From assembly GCA_964016885.1 (NCBI GenBank), contig OZ024742.1, forward strand, positions 313,968,001 to 314,032,000: a stretch of DNA of 64,000 bases, read 5' to 3'. A program made the translations under genes and the position numbers. Numbering within the stretch: the stretch's first letter is position 1; each line of letters begins with the position of its first letter. Origin of the DNA: Eledone cirrhosa. Its lineage: Eukaryota. Under the pieces are notes generated by a model that was given only the letters and a program-made list of their open reading frames with translations, did not search any database and was not told the origin of the DNA. This document shows, one piece after another, positions 42,443 through 56,693 of this stretch.

Positions 42443-42448
<6 letters not shown>
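41717..42448 (+). mobile_element. 597-bp non-coding HHR unit with terminal redundancy and inverted arm
   Basis: direct repeat 41789-41851 / 42386-42448; inverted arms 41717-41788 / 42209-42280; (TA)n both sides. Confidence 0.85.
42117..42206 (+). ncRNA. Type I hammerhead, U3-A8 core variant
   Basis: tcctc-TTGATAA-gtcggcagac...gtttatgccac-GAAA-CTACGTAG-TC-gagga; 5-bp stem I, palindromic helix III. Confidence 0.75.
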
Positions 42449-42492
<44 letters not shown>

Positions 42493-43188
42493 GTTTGATG
42501 GTGTACGTATTTATTTATATACCTACAATGTTTATGGTAATTGAAGGATAACAACTTAGAATGGAGTGTATTGCTTAATGTAAAGTCTTTCTACGGGTAA
42601 CAGAACGTCTTATGACCTATGTCGGGTTGAAGCGATGGAGATGTTTTTGTGAGATAATTAGAAGTAGATAGGAAATCGTGATATAATGATTAATATTATG
42701 AATTAAGGTGTGGGAGAAAAATACATTTCACTGTATATTAAATCTATTACACATGTAGATATTGGATGATAAAATTAATTTCCCTAGTTACATACTATTA
42801 TTGCAAAAGGTTAACTATAACGTTATTTAAATATTTGTCGTGGGGAGAAAAGAAAAATGTACTAATTTGATAGAATACTTATTAGAAAGTAGCCAACATT
42901 AATATGTGAGTATATATTCCTTTGATGATTGTTCGTTAGAAATATTGACAATATTTATTAAATTATAACTTATAATAGCGATGAGATGCTTTCAATGGTC
43001 GTAAAATTTATTTTTTTATTTATTTAAATAGTTATTAAATATGTACAGCTAAATATATATTAATAAAGTAGGCTGCTTGATTTTTGTAACGACATTTTCC
43101 TTTTATATACTCTATAAAGGAGAATTTACGATATAGACACCGCGTTTCCTTTATATAAATAGAGAATTATTCCAAAATTATAATGGAA

Positions 43189-43350
43189 TCTTCTTCTTTT
43201 CATTCGTGTGCTGCAAGACAGCGTGCTGAGTCAACCATGTTTATTAGTGCCCTCCATCCTCCTTCTTGGTCGCCGGCGAGTCGTTGGGCTTGTGGTATTT
43301 GAACTTCACAGGCTTGATGGTCCTTAGCGAGTATCCAGCCATCCATACAT
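43189..43350 (-). mobile_element. Short RTE-like LINE 3' end
   Basis: minus translation AKDHQACEVQIPQAQRLAGDQEGGWRALINMV followed by an (AAG)-like tail. Confidence 0.5.
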
Positions 43351-43394
43351 CGAATTAATATATGTGATATATGACACTAAAATGCTATAGAATA

Positions 43395-43721
43395 CAGTGA
43401 AATTTCGGTTCACGAACGACTCACATCACGAACAAACCGCAGATAAACGTCTCGGGTGAAGAACGGTGTCTCAAGTAACGAACACGGAAGCGCGCAACAA
43501 CGGTTAGGGACAAGCAGAAAGTATCGACAGGAAAGCGTCACTTGCTGTGTAGTTAGTTACTATGGTGATATCTATCTATCTTTCACACACTGTCTCTCTC
43601 TCACTCTCTCTGTATTTCACTCTCAACATTTCATATGAGAAACATAACTTCGGTTTATGAATGTTTCGTGTGACGAACGGCTTTCTGGAACGAATTAGGC
43701 TCGTGAACCGAGGTTCCACTG
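43395..43721. mobile_element. Tigger/pogo-type MITE
   Basis: TA-flanked TIRs CAGTGAAATTTCGGTTCACGA / TCGTGAACCGAGGTTCCACTG. Confidence 0.8.
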
Positions 43722-44390
43722 TATATTTAATGTGAGAAGCTACCGAGTTCGATCCAAATGTGTTGCATATTGGTTAAGTGTTATTTAATATAGTCTCGGT
43801 TTGACCCAAGACCTCTGAGGGAAATTAGTTAGACGGAAACTGTTTGCAATTAGAAGGGCTAGCCGCCTTGCTACAGACTGTACAATGTCGAATCTCCATA
43901 ATAACGTTAAAGGTACACGTGTCTGTGGAATTCATAGGATCTAGCACGTTAATTTAACTTTAACGCTGTTCTGTTGATCGGACAACTGGGACATGTATCA
44001 TCGAAACCGATGGAGATCCATTGAATCATAGACTATCTTTAATATATGACTTGTAGTATCAATATGTTAAATGGTTTTTCTGTTGGAAGTTTTTGTTAAT
44101 GCAGAAAATTTGATATACATATCACGTATAATCTGATTTTTTATATTAATTAGGTATTATTCTTAACAACATTGAATAAATATTGGATGTATATAATGTA
44201 ATTAGATTTGCAGGATCAGAAAAATGTTTTAATAATATATTGTTTTGGGAAATTTTTAAAGAACCATTTTGATTATATATGATATAATCTAACCATTATT
44301 CCATTTAAAGTTCGCACGGCATGTTTGGAAAGCAATACAATATAATAAGCTGGTTAAACAAATACAATACATACAAATTGTTTGAATGAT

Positions 44391-45196
44391 CTTCTTCTTC
44401 TTCTTCTTCTTCTTCTTCTTCTTCTTCTTCTTCTTCTTCTTCTTCTTCTTCTTCTTCTTCTTCTTCTTCTTCTTCTTCACCCATTTATTCCTAAGAGGGT
44501 CGTTGGGGTTGAGTCCTCAAACACTCCTTCCAGCGGGTCCTGTCAGAAGTAACTGCCTCTAACAGATCCAGCTGGATGCCTAAAGCGAGACCAGCCAAGC
44601 TCATGGATGTTATCCAACCATCTTGTTCGGGGTCTACCCCTGGGTCTCTTGTCGGCTGGTCTTGTTCGTAAAACCTGTCCAGCGATTCTTTCCTGAGATA
44701 GGTTTGATGGCGAGTGTTGCATGGCTGGAATAAGAATCAATGTTGCGAAATCTGAGACATTCGTCCTCTGAAGGAAGTCTGCGCATTGCACTCAGCATGT
44801 GAATGGAATTCCACTGAAGCAGGTAGAGCAGTTCAAGTATCTCGGGGTTATGTTCACAAGTGATGGAAGGCAAGAGGCTGAATTAAGTGCAAGAATTGTA
44901 GGAGCTGGTGCAGTGATGCACCAGCTTCAGCATTCAGTAATCAGAAGGAGGGCACTTGGCGTATAAGTCAAACTCGCTATCTTCAATTCGGTATTCGTGC
45001 CAACCCTTATCTAAGTTCATGAATCTTGGGTATTGACCGAAAGAATGTAAACGGCCGAAATGGATTTCCTCTGAAGGGTCTGTAGAGTAACATTACTCGA
45101 TAGAGTGCGCAGCTCAGAGATCAGAGAGTCACTCCAGCTAGAGTCGCTACTTCTCCGAATTGAGAGATCACAGTTCCGATGCTATGGGCATATGGT
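44391..45196 (-). mobile_element. RTE-clade LINE with 5' inversion and (AAG)n tail
   Basis: 44480-44699 minus: SQERIAGQ..RPRGRPRTRWLD; 44697-45196 plus: upstream part FKYLGVMFTSDG..RSQFRCYGHMV; (CTT)n at 44391-44478. Confidence 0.85.
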
Positions 45197-46224
45197 GTAT
45201 TAATTAAATATTTGTTATATTATGGCTTAATTCTAGCATTACTAGATGTTATCCCCAATATATAATTCTTTCTATTCGACCAATTCAAATAATTTATTGA
45301 TTTGTCTTTCGGTAAGACATAACTTCTAGATTTCTAATATAACTTTTAAGTAAAATTTGAATATAATTGTTTAGTTAAGGCACATCTTTGGTACTTTCGG
45401 GATCCAAAATATCATAATTTTATAAGGAGAAAAAAAATTGTAAGTGAAGAGTGAGTCTTAAGAATTTTACTTGAAATGGTTTTTGCTTTAGCATATCTTT
45501 TGTCTTGGTAGTTTTTCTGGTGATTTCAATATTTGTTTATGAAGCAATTAACGTCTGGTTTCAATGCCATTGCACCCCAGAGGAGAGACCATATATACAT
45601 ACACACACACACATATATATATATATGTATGTGTGTTCGTGTGTGAGCGTGCGTGTGAGTTTGGGTGTGTATGAATTATATCTATATATATATATATATA
45701 TATAATAGCAAATCTACTTGGTAACGTCCTAGTATCCAGTTATCAAAGTAAGGTAAGGCAGCTGAATCTAATCTAAAAAGGAGATTGGTTGCTACTTCTA
45801 AAATGTCTATAAAAAATTTCTCTCTCCATCAAAATTCCTGTTTTACAATTTGTGATATTGAATACTATAGCCATACCTTTCTTAGATGGCATCAATCAAT
45901 GTATATATCGCTTATTTATGTTTCTTATTGTTTATATGTCTGTCTTTACCCCCCCCCCCTTTTTCTGCCGTTCTGTCTCCTTCACTCAGTCTATCTATCA
46001 TGCAATTTCGTAACAGAAAAAACATTATATGACCACATTCTGCGGATTGTTTTGGAAAACTATATGCTCTGAACAGACCGCCACATCATTCTCAAAGAGA
46101 GACCTATTCTAATAATGTAAGAGGGAGAGAGAGGGAGAGGGAAATAGAGATAGAGATATATAGAGAGAGAGAGGAGAAGAGAAGTAGATTCCAGTACTTG
46201 ACGGTATTTTATGGACCATAGAAT

Positions 46225-46442
46225 AATGGTTTCTTATATAGGCACAATGCCAACAATTATGGGGGAGGGGAAAGTCGATTAAATCGACCCCAGTGCGTGA
46301 TTGGTATTTTATTTTATCGATCCTGTAAGGATGAAAGGCAAAATTAACTTCAGCGGGATTTGAACTCAGATCATAAAGGGCCGTAACTCTATACTGCAAA
46401 GCATGTTGTCCGACGCCCTACCGACTCGGCCAATCGCTGACC
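46225..46442 (-). mobile_element. Full-length SINE with 16-bp TSD, nested in an older SINE
   Basis: ttatggaccatagaat at 46209-46224 and 46443-46458. Confidence 0.85.
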
Positions 46443-47378
46443 TTATGGACCATAGAATGATGAAAGGCCAAATTGACTTCAGCAAGATTTAAACTAAGAG
46501 AACAAAGATTTAGACCAAATACCCCCACTTTCCGCCATTGTGTAGTCAAGTGACATAAAATTACAGTGTTAGATATGCACTATGCATGTCTGGATATATC
46601 CTAAAAAATCAATATCCTAAAATCATATCCGTATTGATTTTCGATATATGCTTGCTTAGATGTCTATTTTTATGTCAAGAATTTATGAGGTGCTGAATTG
46701 GCAGAGTCGTCAGAACGTTGGATAGAATGCTCTGTGGTATTAGTTTCAGCACTCTGCGGTCCCCGAGTTCAAATTCCGCCGAGGTTAACTTTATCTTTCA
46801 TCATCTTGAGGTCGTTAAGAAACTTACCAGTTCAGTACTAAGGCTGATTCTTTCATCTATATCTCTTTCTCATTCTCTCACTCTCCTTCTTTGAAAGAAA
46901 TTTCTCTGTGTTTATACCTGGAGAGAAGAGAGGTCCCGTCAAGTTTAATGTACCCGACGTACGCCGTATGATTTAATGGCACCCATACAATTTCATCAAA
47001 AGATACGGTTTTTAGACATATACATACATTATGTGGCAGTATCGGTAGAGGGTCTGACGCCATGCTTTGCAGCAAAGAGTTACGGCCTTTTATGGTCTGA
47101 GTTCAAATCCCGCAGAGGTAAACTTTACCTTTCATCCTTACGGGGTCAATAAAATAAAGTACCAGTAATACATTGGAATAATTGCTGGCCTTATGCCAAA
47201 AGTAGAAACAATTATGATATACTACAGTATATTACTTTACGTTTCTTATATTTTTCTTATTTGTTTCAGTCATCACATTGAAGGATTATAGTCAATCATA
47301 TTTTAGAAGTTATTTTAAAAATATCCCTTTGTTGAATCGCTAGTTTACGGAACATAGCCAAAGACATAATTGTAAACC

Positions 47379-47493
<115 letters not shown>

Positions 47494-47613
47494 GCAATAG
47501 GAAAAGAGTCAGGACCCCGACGGCTGAGCTCCGGCCGTTTCCACAGCTAGATACCAACTACACACACACACACACACACATACACAGATATATATATATA
47601 TATATATATATAT

Positions 47614-50600
47614 GCAAAATATTTATTTAAAATTGTTGGGTTACAACGAGTAAATATTTTATAACTGATATAAAAGCACTCAACAGTTTTTGGAGTAGGT
47701 TTACGATATTAAACAAATGGAAACTATATTTATAAAACCATATTTATTTCGTTATATATATTTCTGGGATATCATATTAAAAATATGGTATGCCTTCCTC
47801 AGACAAAATACAATATATAAGCTGTTTTATAAATAATTTTGACATACCTTAGAATAATGCAACTTCCATTTAAAAAGTTGATTTGGTAGTGAAACTGTTG
47901 AGGACAGTTATAGAGAAAGAAAGACGAAGAAAAACGAAGATAAAAAGAAGAGATGTATGTAAAGAAAAACAACAGAGCGAGATAGAGAGAGAAGGAGATA
48001 TGGGAGAGAGAAATATATTGAGGAAGTGAAAAAATATAGTAGGCAGCTTTGGGACAGATGATCCTCGTACAAGTGAGAGGTTAGGAGGGAAGGGATACAG
48101 TTAAAATAGCCGACAGATAAATCACGTCCAGTGTAGAGGAGAAAAAGAAAGAAAGATGATATATTTAAAATATATTATGTCTCATCCATTTGAATTATCA
48201 ATTTTTATGAATTAGGTATTATAATGTAAATATCAATATTCATGAATGAGACACATATCCATAATGTGTGAAAAAATGACCCCATGCTTAGTTTAAAAAT
48301 TCTTAGGTCTATAAGCAAAATCTGAGACAAAACTTCAACCATAAGTATATATGCATTCTCATGAAAAAAGAAAAATAGAAAAGAGAAGGTTATCTCAAAT
48401 TCAAGTTGATAATTATAGACACACATGTGAACTTACGTGATATGCTCCGCAGATTCTTATTTTTCATGAAAATCTTCATTGCGTTACAAAAAATTCCACC
48501 ATACATACATGTACATGCATATATATATATATAGACATAAAATATACATTAACATTTATAGTAATATTTCTGCCCTCACTTACATGATTATCGATCAAGC
48601 AAAGAATAGACAACAGATATCAATATTAAAAATTAGACAACAGATATTAATATTAAAAATTAAAAACGCCAAGAATATCTTCGTCACTCCACAGAGTATC
48701 TAGGGACGTAAGAGAACATAGTATGCCACGCATATCAGTCACATAAAACCACCCTTCCAATTTATTTGACTATATGTTGTCAAGTTCATTAGAAGCAATC
48801 AGAATCAAAAGCAAACAAAAACCAAAATTGTTCAACAAACCTTATTTAGCGGAAATCATTCAAAACTTATTCTACAAATGCTCTTATATTTATTATAGAA
48901 GTTTATCTAGCTTAAAAATTTATTCAAAAGATTGGGAACATCGCCAATTTTAGGGTAGTTTAATTAATCTCATTAATTATATATTCATGCAGAAAGGTTT
49001 TAAAAAAATTGAAGGAATCGAAAGATTAATCGCCAAGTTTCATAAATAGTTAAATATCTTAAGTAAATATACTACATTTTATACTACATTTTAAATTTAT
49101 ATTTATATTTAAAAGTTGAGTTCAATCTATGTCTGCAGCAGCTGAACAAATTGGTTCGTAAATTAAGGGAATTTTTAGATTTTAGTATAAAGAATATCTC
49201 CTCCGCGCAGAGGTCACATGTCTCAGAAGAGGAATTAAAAGGAATGCCTTTTGAGACTATATTCCAAACCATCGAATATCCAACTTTATCATGTTTAAGT
49301 TGCCAGAGTAAGCCTGATAGTGATGTTGAAGATTTTTTATTTGGATTCGTGAAAGAATTTTTGTGATTATTATAGCGAAGTTTAAATTCTGTCGAGGTGG
49401 AACCTACATAATTAAAAGAATTTAAGTCAGTTTTAACATTACAGTTGTATATTATATTTTTAACTAAGCAATTGTTATTTAGCGGACATTTAGATCTATC
49501 TCTACAGTTACAGTTGTTTACTTGAATATTGTTTAGGCTATTTTCGGTATTTTGGCTAGGTTTTAGATTCCTATTATTTATTCTATTAATATTTTGTGCT
49601 AAATTTTTGGTGGACGAGTATGTTAATTTTATAGTATGTCTATTGAAAATTGAGTGATACTTATGTGTTCTAGGGAAGCGTTTGTCAAGAGCATTAAAAA
49701 ATAGTTTAGCGATGTGGGTTTTAATGTTTAGTGAAAAAAGGGGGGGGGGGCAAACCATATTATATTTCTAGTTCTATTTCTTTTCTGGTTTTTGGAATTA
49801 TTGTAGTGCTTTCTATTATAGTTGTTAAAGTTGTTACTGTAATTAAAATTGTTGTTATTTTGGTTAGTTTGTCTATTATCGATGATATTCTTGGCGTTTT
49901 TAATTTTTAATATTGATATCTGTTGTCTAATTTTTAATATTGATATCTGTTGTCTATTCTTTGCTTGATCGATAATCATGTAAGTGAGGGCAGAAATATT
50001 ACTATAAATGTTAATGTATATTTTATGTCTATATATATATATATGTATGTACATATATATATATATGTATGGTGGAATTTTTTGTAACGCAATGAAGATT
50101 TTCATGAAAAATAAGAATCTGCGGAGCATATCACGTAAGTTCACATGTGTGTCTATAATTATCAACTTGAATTTGAGATAACCTTCTCTTTTCTCTTTTT
50201 CTTTTTTCATGAGAATGCATATATACTTATGGTTGAAGTTTTGTCTCAGATTTTGCTTATAGACCTAAGAATTTTTAAACTAAGCATGGGGTCATTTTTT
50301 CACACATTATAGATATGTGTCTCATTCATGAATATTGATATTTACATTATAATACCTAATTCATAAAAATTGATAATTCAAATGGATGAGACATAATATA
50401 TTTTAAATATATCATCTTTCTTTCTTTTTCTCCTCTACACTGGACGTGATTTATCTGTCGGCTATTTTAACTGTATCCCTTCCCTCCTAACCTCTCACTT
50501 GTACGAGGATCATCTGTCCCAAAGCTGCCTACTATATTTTTTCACTTCCTCAATATATTTCTCTCTCCCACATCTCCTTCTCTCTCTATCTCGCTCTGTT

Positions 50601-50852
50601 GTTTTTCTTTACATACATCTCTTCTTTTTATCTTCGTTTTTCTTCGTCTTTCTTTCTCTATAACTGTCCTCAACAGTTTCACTACCAAATCAACTTTTTA
50701 AATGGAAGTTGCATTATTCTAAGGTATGTCAAAATTATTTATAAAACAGCTTATATATTGTATTTTGTCTGAGGAAGGCATACCATATTTTTAATATGAT
50801 ATCCCAGAAATATATATAACGAAATAAATATAGTTTCCATTTGTTTAATATC

Positions 50853-50855
<3 letters not shown>
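47614..50855 (-). mobile_element. 5'-truncated Penelope-like element with ~975-bp inverted arms; carries HHR family A
   Basis: arms 47702-48679 and 49884-50855; GIY-YIG in the spacer; HHRs 47745-47810 (-) and 50761-50826 (+); (TA)n flanks. Confidence 0.9.
49084..49883 (-). pseudogene. PLE linker plus GIY-YIG endonuclease, frameshifted at the G-run 49741-49751
   Basis: RNIIWFAPP/PLFS, CNCRDRSKCPL (CxCx5C), NIIY..YVGST..FKLRYNNH, CDLCAEE, LNLR..CRH. Confidence 0.9.
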
Positions 50856-50905
<50 letters not shown>

Positions 50906-50908
50906 GAC

Positions 50909-50961
<53 letters not shown>

Positions 50962-51239
50962 AAAAAGTTTGACCCGACTCAGAACTCAAGCCGTTTCGAC
51001 GGTTATTTGGTTATGTATATATATATATATATATACATATACATATGTACATATATATATATATACATAAAAAGTATGACCCCGACGGCAGAGCTCAAGC
51101 CATTTCGACGGCTATTTCTGGACTAAATTTAGCTCTGCCGTTGGGGTCATACTTTTTTCTATTTCCCACTCTACTACCCTAAGTATTGAGTACTCTGGTG
51201 CGTTATCGTCCATCTGGTTCCTTACCACAATTCCTTTGT

Positions 51240-51376
<137 letters not shown>

Positions 51377-51565
51377 AATGAATAATAACAGGTAGACATC
51401 ATAAAAAGGTAATTTATTCCGAGTGTAGTAATTATTCTAGTGTAATAATTAACCATTATTGCATTCAGGATAACCCTAAGCATTTCTTGCATAACCTAAT
51501 ATATATTTAAATGTAAAAATTGAAACGAAATTTCATTTCTCACTCTTAGTACGGCTGTTACTTAA

Positions 51566-51701
51566 ATATAAGTATGTATACGTACATACATATATGTATA
51601 CAGACGTACAGTAGTATGTATATATATACATACATGTGTATATATATACATACTACTGTACGTCTGTATACATATATGTACGTACGTATACATACTTATA
51701 T
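51566..51701. repeat. Fold-back, 65-bp arms with 6-bp spacer
   Basis: 51566-51630 is the reverse complement of 51637-51701 (1 mismatch), including non-repetitive cagacgtacagtag. Confidence 0.8.
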
Positions 51702-51789
51702 CTATATATATATATATGTGTATTATTCTATGTACTAAACATACACCTTTGATGAGTTGTAGTGCACCTGAACACTTTACACAATAATT

Positions 51790-51821
<32 letters not shown>

Positions 51822-51826
51822 GTTAT

Positions 51827-53528
51827 TCCTTGAATCTCAGTCATTGATGTTGGTTAACTGGAAAGTCCGTTGGATTGAATATCAAGCCACTACCTGCAGC
51901 CTCAGATATTCAGGACGTATCGGAGGGTTCTTGCCGTTCCAAGCAAGCATGCCTTTTGAAGCGTTCCAAAAAGCGTGAAGGGGCCGATTTTCTTTAACCA
52001 TCCCTGGAAACCTTTGGAGATAGTCCCCAGTGCGCCTATCACAATCGGGATCACTTTGACTTCATGGCAGTTCCAAATCCTTTTCACCTCCCACTTTAGG
52101 TCCTGGTATCGGTTAATTTTCTCCCTCTCCTTCTCTTGCACTCTCGTGTCGAACGGGCAGGCCACATCCACAATCAGGCACGATCTTTTTTCTTTGTCCA
52201 CAACCACCAGGTCAGGTCTATTGTGTTCCAGTTTTTTGTCCGTCTGTATCCTAAAATCCCACAGCACCTTCACCTGACTGTTCTCCATCACCGCCTCTGG
52301 CCTATGCTCATACCATTTCTCAGAATGTGGTAGATTGTTTACTTTGCACAGGTGCCAGTGGATCACCCTGCCCATCACATCGTGTCTCCAGCCCTTATAG
52401 TGGGTCTGGGCTAGGTGTTTACACTCGGACACAATGTGAGCCACAGTCTCCTCTCTCTCTCCACAGATCCTGCACAGTGGGCTAGCCTCCTCCTTGTAGA
52501 TATGGTGCTTCAACCACTTCGTTTTGAGGGCCTGCTCCTGCGCAGCCATTAGCATTCCTTCTGTAGCCTTTTTGAGGTCTCCTCTTCTCAACCAGTTCCA
52601 TGTCTGTGGATCTCTAAATTCAGTTTTCTCAAAGAAGGTACTATGAAGGGATTTTTCCTTAAGGCTGCTCTTCCTCCTTGATGTTATTTCCTCCTTGGAT
52701 ATCCCCTGGCCTACTGTCCCCTCCTTCAGTACAGCTCTGAGCATTGGCTCCTTACTATAGGTCACGTATTTGTATAGGTTGTTTTTCTCCATCTGAACAC
52801 AGTCCTCTATGCTGATAAGACCTCTTCCACCCTCAGATCTCCTTAGGTAGAGTCTATCGACATCACTCCTCTTGTGGAACATGTTGTAGATAGTCAATAG
52901 CTTCCTAGTCTTCCTATCCATTTCTTTTTGTTCAGCAACATTCCATCTCAGAATTCCCGCACTGTACCTAATAATAGACACAGCTCGGGAATTTACTGCG
53001 CTTATGGCATTTCTGCTGTTCAGATGTGACTTCAATACGCTCCTTACTCTCCGAATGTATTCAGTTCTTAACAATTCCTTCATTTTTTTGTTCTTTATGC
53101 CATCAGCCTCCAGAACGCCCAAATACTTGTATCCTTCCTCAGAGTCAATTTCCTTTATCATCTCACCTGTTGGTATCTGGATCCCGTTACTTCTGCTCAA
53201 CCTACCCCTCCTCATCACAATGACTCCACATTTACCAATACCAAACTGCATACATATATCACTGCTGAAAATACGGACAGTGTCAACAAGCACATCCAAC
53301 TCCTTCTCACTTTTCCCGAAGAGCTTAAGATCGTCCATGAAGAGGAGGTGATTGATGGTAAGCTCTCCCCTTCCCAACTTGTATCCTGCTCTCACTTTTC
53401 GCAGCATAATGGTCAAGGGCATCAGGGCAAGGACAAACAACAGAGGGGACAGGCTATCTCCCTGGAAGATACCTCTCTTGATCTTCACGCTTCCCAAGGA
53501 TACTCCAGTTGATGTCAACTCTGTCTCC

Positions 53529-53530
<2 letters not shown>
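51827..53530 (-). mobile_element. 5'-truncated R4/Dong-clade non-LTR retrotransposon in a (TAA)n tract
   Basis: (TTA)n on both sides (~51793-51826, 53531-53592); ~75-bp 3' UTR. Confidence 0.9.
51902..53518 (-). CDS. RT (partial) + CCHC zinc knuckle + restriction-like endonuclease
   Basis: GIFQGDSLSP, FMDDLKLF, CRIC..ETVAHIVSEC, RHD, RPDLVVVD..IVDVACP..EK; 538 uninterrupted codons. Confidence 0.9.
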   Translation of the reverse strand: MTSTGVSLGSVKIKRGIFQGDSLSPLLFVLALMPLTIMLRKVRAGYKLGRGELTINHLLFMDDLKLFGKSEKELDVLVDTVRIFSSDICMQFGIGKCGVIVMRRGRLSRSNGIQIPTGEMIKEIDSEEGYKYLGVLEADGIKNKKMKELLRTEYIRRVRSVLKSHLNSRNAISAVNSRAVSIIRYSAGILRWNVAEQKEMDRKTRKLLTIYNMFHKRSDVDRLYLRRSEGGRGLISIEDCVQMEKNNLYKYVTYSKEPMLRAVLKEGTVGQGISKEEITSRRKSSLKEKSLHSTFFEKTEFRDPQTWNWLRRGDLKKATEGMLMAAQEQALKTKWLKHHIYKEEASPLCRICGEREETVAHIVSECKHLAQTHYKGWRHDVMGRVIHWHLCKVNNLPHSEKWYEHRPEAVMENSQVKVLWDFRIQTDKKLEHNRPDLVVVDKEKRSCLIVDVACPFDTRVQEKEREKINRYQDLKWEVKRIWNCHEVKVIPIVIGALGTISKGFQGWLKKIGPFTLFGTLQKACLLGTARTLRYVLNI

Positions 53531-53582
<52 letters not shown>

Positions 53583-53588
53583 TATTAT

Positions 53589-53649
<61 letters not shown>

Positions 53650-53654
<5 letters not shown>

Positions 53655-53854
53655 GTGGTTACACAACAGTTAGTTCACCATACCGAGAACAATTGTTTCA
53701 CCTTAGCGGATCCTCAGCTCGTAAACTGAGGATCCGCTAAGGTGAAACAATTGTTCTTGGTATGGTGAACTAACTGTTGTGTAACCACTTCTACCTAACT
53801 CGTCCCATGGACAGAGTGCTCTACCACTACGGATATTACCTTCCAGTGTTCCAC

Positions 53855-53857
<3 letters not shown>
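53650..53857. mobile_element. Fold-back mini-element, family C; HHR 53684-53721 (minus)
   Basis: 68-bp arms 53650-53717 / 53726-53793; cgag-CTGAGGA-tccgctaaggt-GAAA-CAATTG-TT-ctcg; related pieces at 20650-20685 and 55991-56102. Confidence 0.85.
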
Positions 53858-53919
<62 letters not shown>

Positions 53920-54022
53920 TACACACAACACACAAACGAGTGCATATACATACATATATATACATATTTATATATTGGCATAGGAATACATGTACATCAA
54001 ACACCTCTTCCAATACACTTAA

Positions 54023-54086
<64 letters not shown>

Positions 54087-54433
54087 ATATTTACATCACA
54101 CATATTTCACTTCATACAGGTTTACTGTGACATGACTATACGTTAACAGATTTCAATATGGCTCAGGTTTAATTGCTTCTTGAGATTTACATATAGCAGC
54201 TGGCTCTTTTATACCTCACACTACGCTAGGTATAAACTTAATTTATTACCGTATGTTAATAGGGCAAACTGAGCTAAATATTTCAATGTTTATTTTTCAC
54301 CTCATTCCCTTGCTTTTTACATTTTTCATAAACACACAGCACGGCCACAGATATAGAGACACGCATATATATATATATGTATGTATCTATATATGTTCTT
54401 CCGGTTGCGTTATTTTATAATGTTTCACCAATT

Positions 54434-54531
<98 letters not shown>

Positions 54532-55308
54532 GGGATAGAGAGAGAGAGTGAGAGAGAGAGAGAGAGAGAGGGCGAGAGAGAAAGAGTAGAACCGGCTTCT
54601 AACATAGACACAAGAGACTCTTTCTTTTGAATTTAGACATCAAGTAGGTAAATATCCGTATGTCTGTGTGATAGCGCATGCGCATGCGCCTTTGTGTGTG
54701 TGCAGGTATAGATGTTATTGTATGTGTGGATCTGCATGTTTTTAGTTATATGTGTTATACGTATATTTGTTTCTGTGTCTATACATTTGTATCTGCCATT
54801 ATTGCACGCAAAATTTCTTATATATTTTACATATTTTTACAATCCCATTAAAATTCCTACCTTTCTGGTTCTGTGAAGCCCAGCTTCCCAAGAGTTGAAC
54901 TGAGGCAGTTAGTAACGTATTCAAGAGCCCTAAGACTACAGGTATGAATTTGTGTGTTGTGTGTGGACCCATATATAATAATTTTATGTATAATAGTAAT
55001 TCATATATGTTCGCTGTGAGTATTTTTTCTGTGATATCATGGTCATACGGCAACCACCTCCGCACATGAGTATGTGTGTTGTATTCCTGTGTTTAAGATT
55101 TTTTTAAAATAACATCATCAGCAACGCTTATTTGTTACGAGATACTGGAAGAAAATACATTTTCGCATAGACTTTATAAAGAAACTATTTTTATTACGGA
55201 CATATTTTCATATAATGAAAGATAATTAATATTAGCCAGTCAACTTGCCTAGCACACTCATATATGTTTCCCTCCATCACAGAGTATATGTACCCCCGCC
55301 TCTCTGTA

Positions 55309-55389
<81 letters not shown>

Positions 55390-55394
55390 TTATG

Positions 55395-55994
<600 letters not shown>

Positions 55995-56031
55995 CGGGTG
56001 TTTTTCCTTTTCCGTACAACTTCACTCAGAA

Positions 56032-56070
56032 CGAGCTGATGATCCGCATAAGGTGAAACATTTGTTCTCG
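56032..56070 (+). ncRNA. Minimal type I hammerhead, family C
   Basis: cgag-CTGATGA-tccgcataaggt-GAAA-catttg-TT-ctcg. Confidence 0.75.
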
Positions 56071-56098
56071 GTATGATGAACTAACTGTTGTGGAACTA

Positions 56099-56165
<67 letters not shown>

Positions 56166-56409
56166 AGATTCAGGACCCCGACGACGGCTGAGCTCCGGCC
56201 GTTTCGACACCTAGATCCGAACTCTAGCTGTCTAAACGGTCAGAGCTTAGCCGTCAGGGTCTTGAATCTTTTCATATTGCCCACTATACTACCCCAAATA
56301 TCGAGTACTCTGGTGAGTTACGGTCTAGCTGGATTTTACCACACCCTATCTGATATATATATATATATCCCCTGTTTTCAAAGTCCAGGAGTTGCAAGAG
56401 TGGGATGGA

Positions 56410-56456
56410 TCGTGCTGATAATGAGAAGCAGTTCAGTTCGAAATGCGCATCCACGA
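56410..56456 (+). ncRNA. Hammerhead motif with C3/A8 core mismatch
   Basis: tcgtg-CTGATAA-(stem II)-GAAA-TGCGCA-TC-cacga. Confidence 0.7.
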
Positions 56457-56603
56457 ATATGCCCTTTGCTTCTTCTAGGCACCGCAAGATGGCGTTGTCA
56501 CTGGTGGTTTTGGCATAGCTACGGCTTCTAAATCTTTATTTTAAACACACCATATTTCTTCTGAAATACATATCTGTATACATCTATGCCTGAAGCTAAA
56601 TTG

Positions 56604-56690
<87 letters not shown>

Positions 56691-56693
<3 letters not shown>

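Noticed and set aside
49728-50210. 160-aa ORF as an N-terminal PLE protein
   Set aside because: The part above 49884 is antisense read-through of the inverted arm; only the last ~50 codons are real PLE linker
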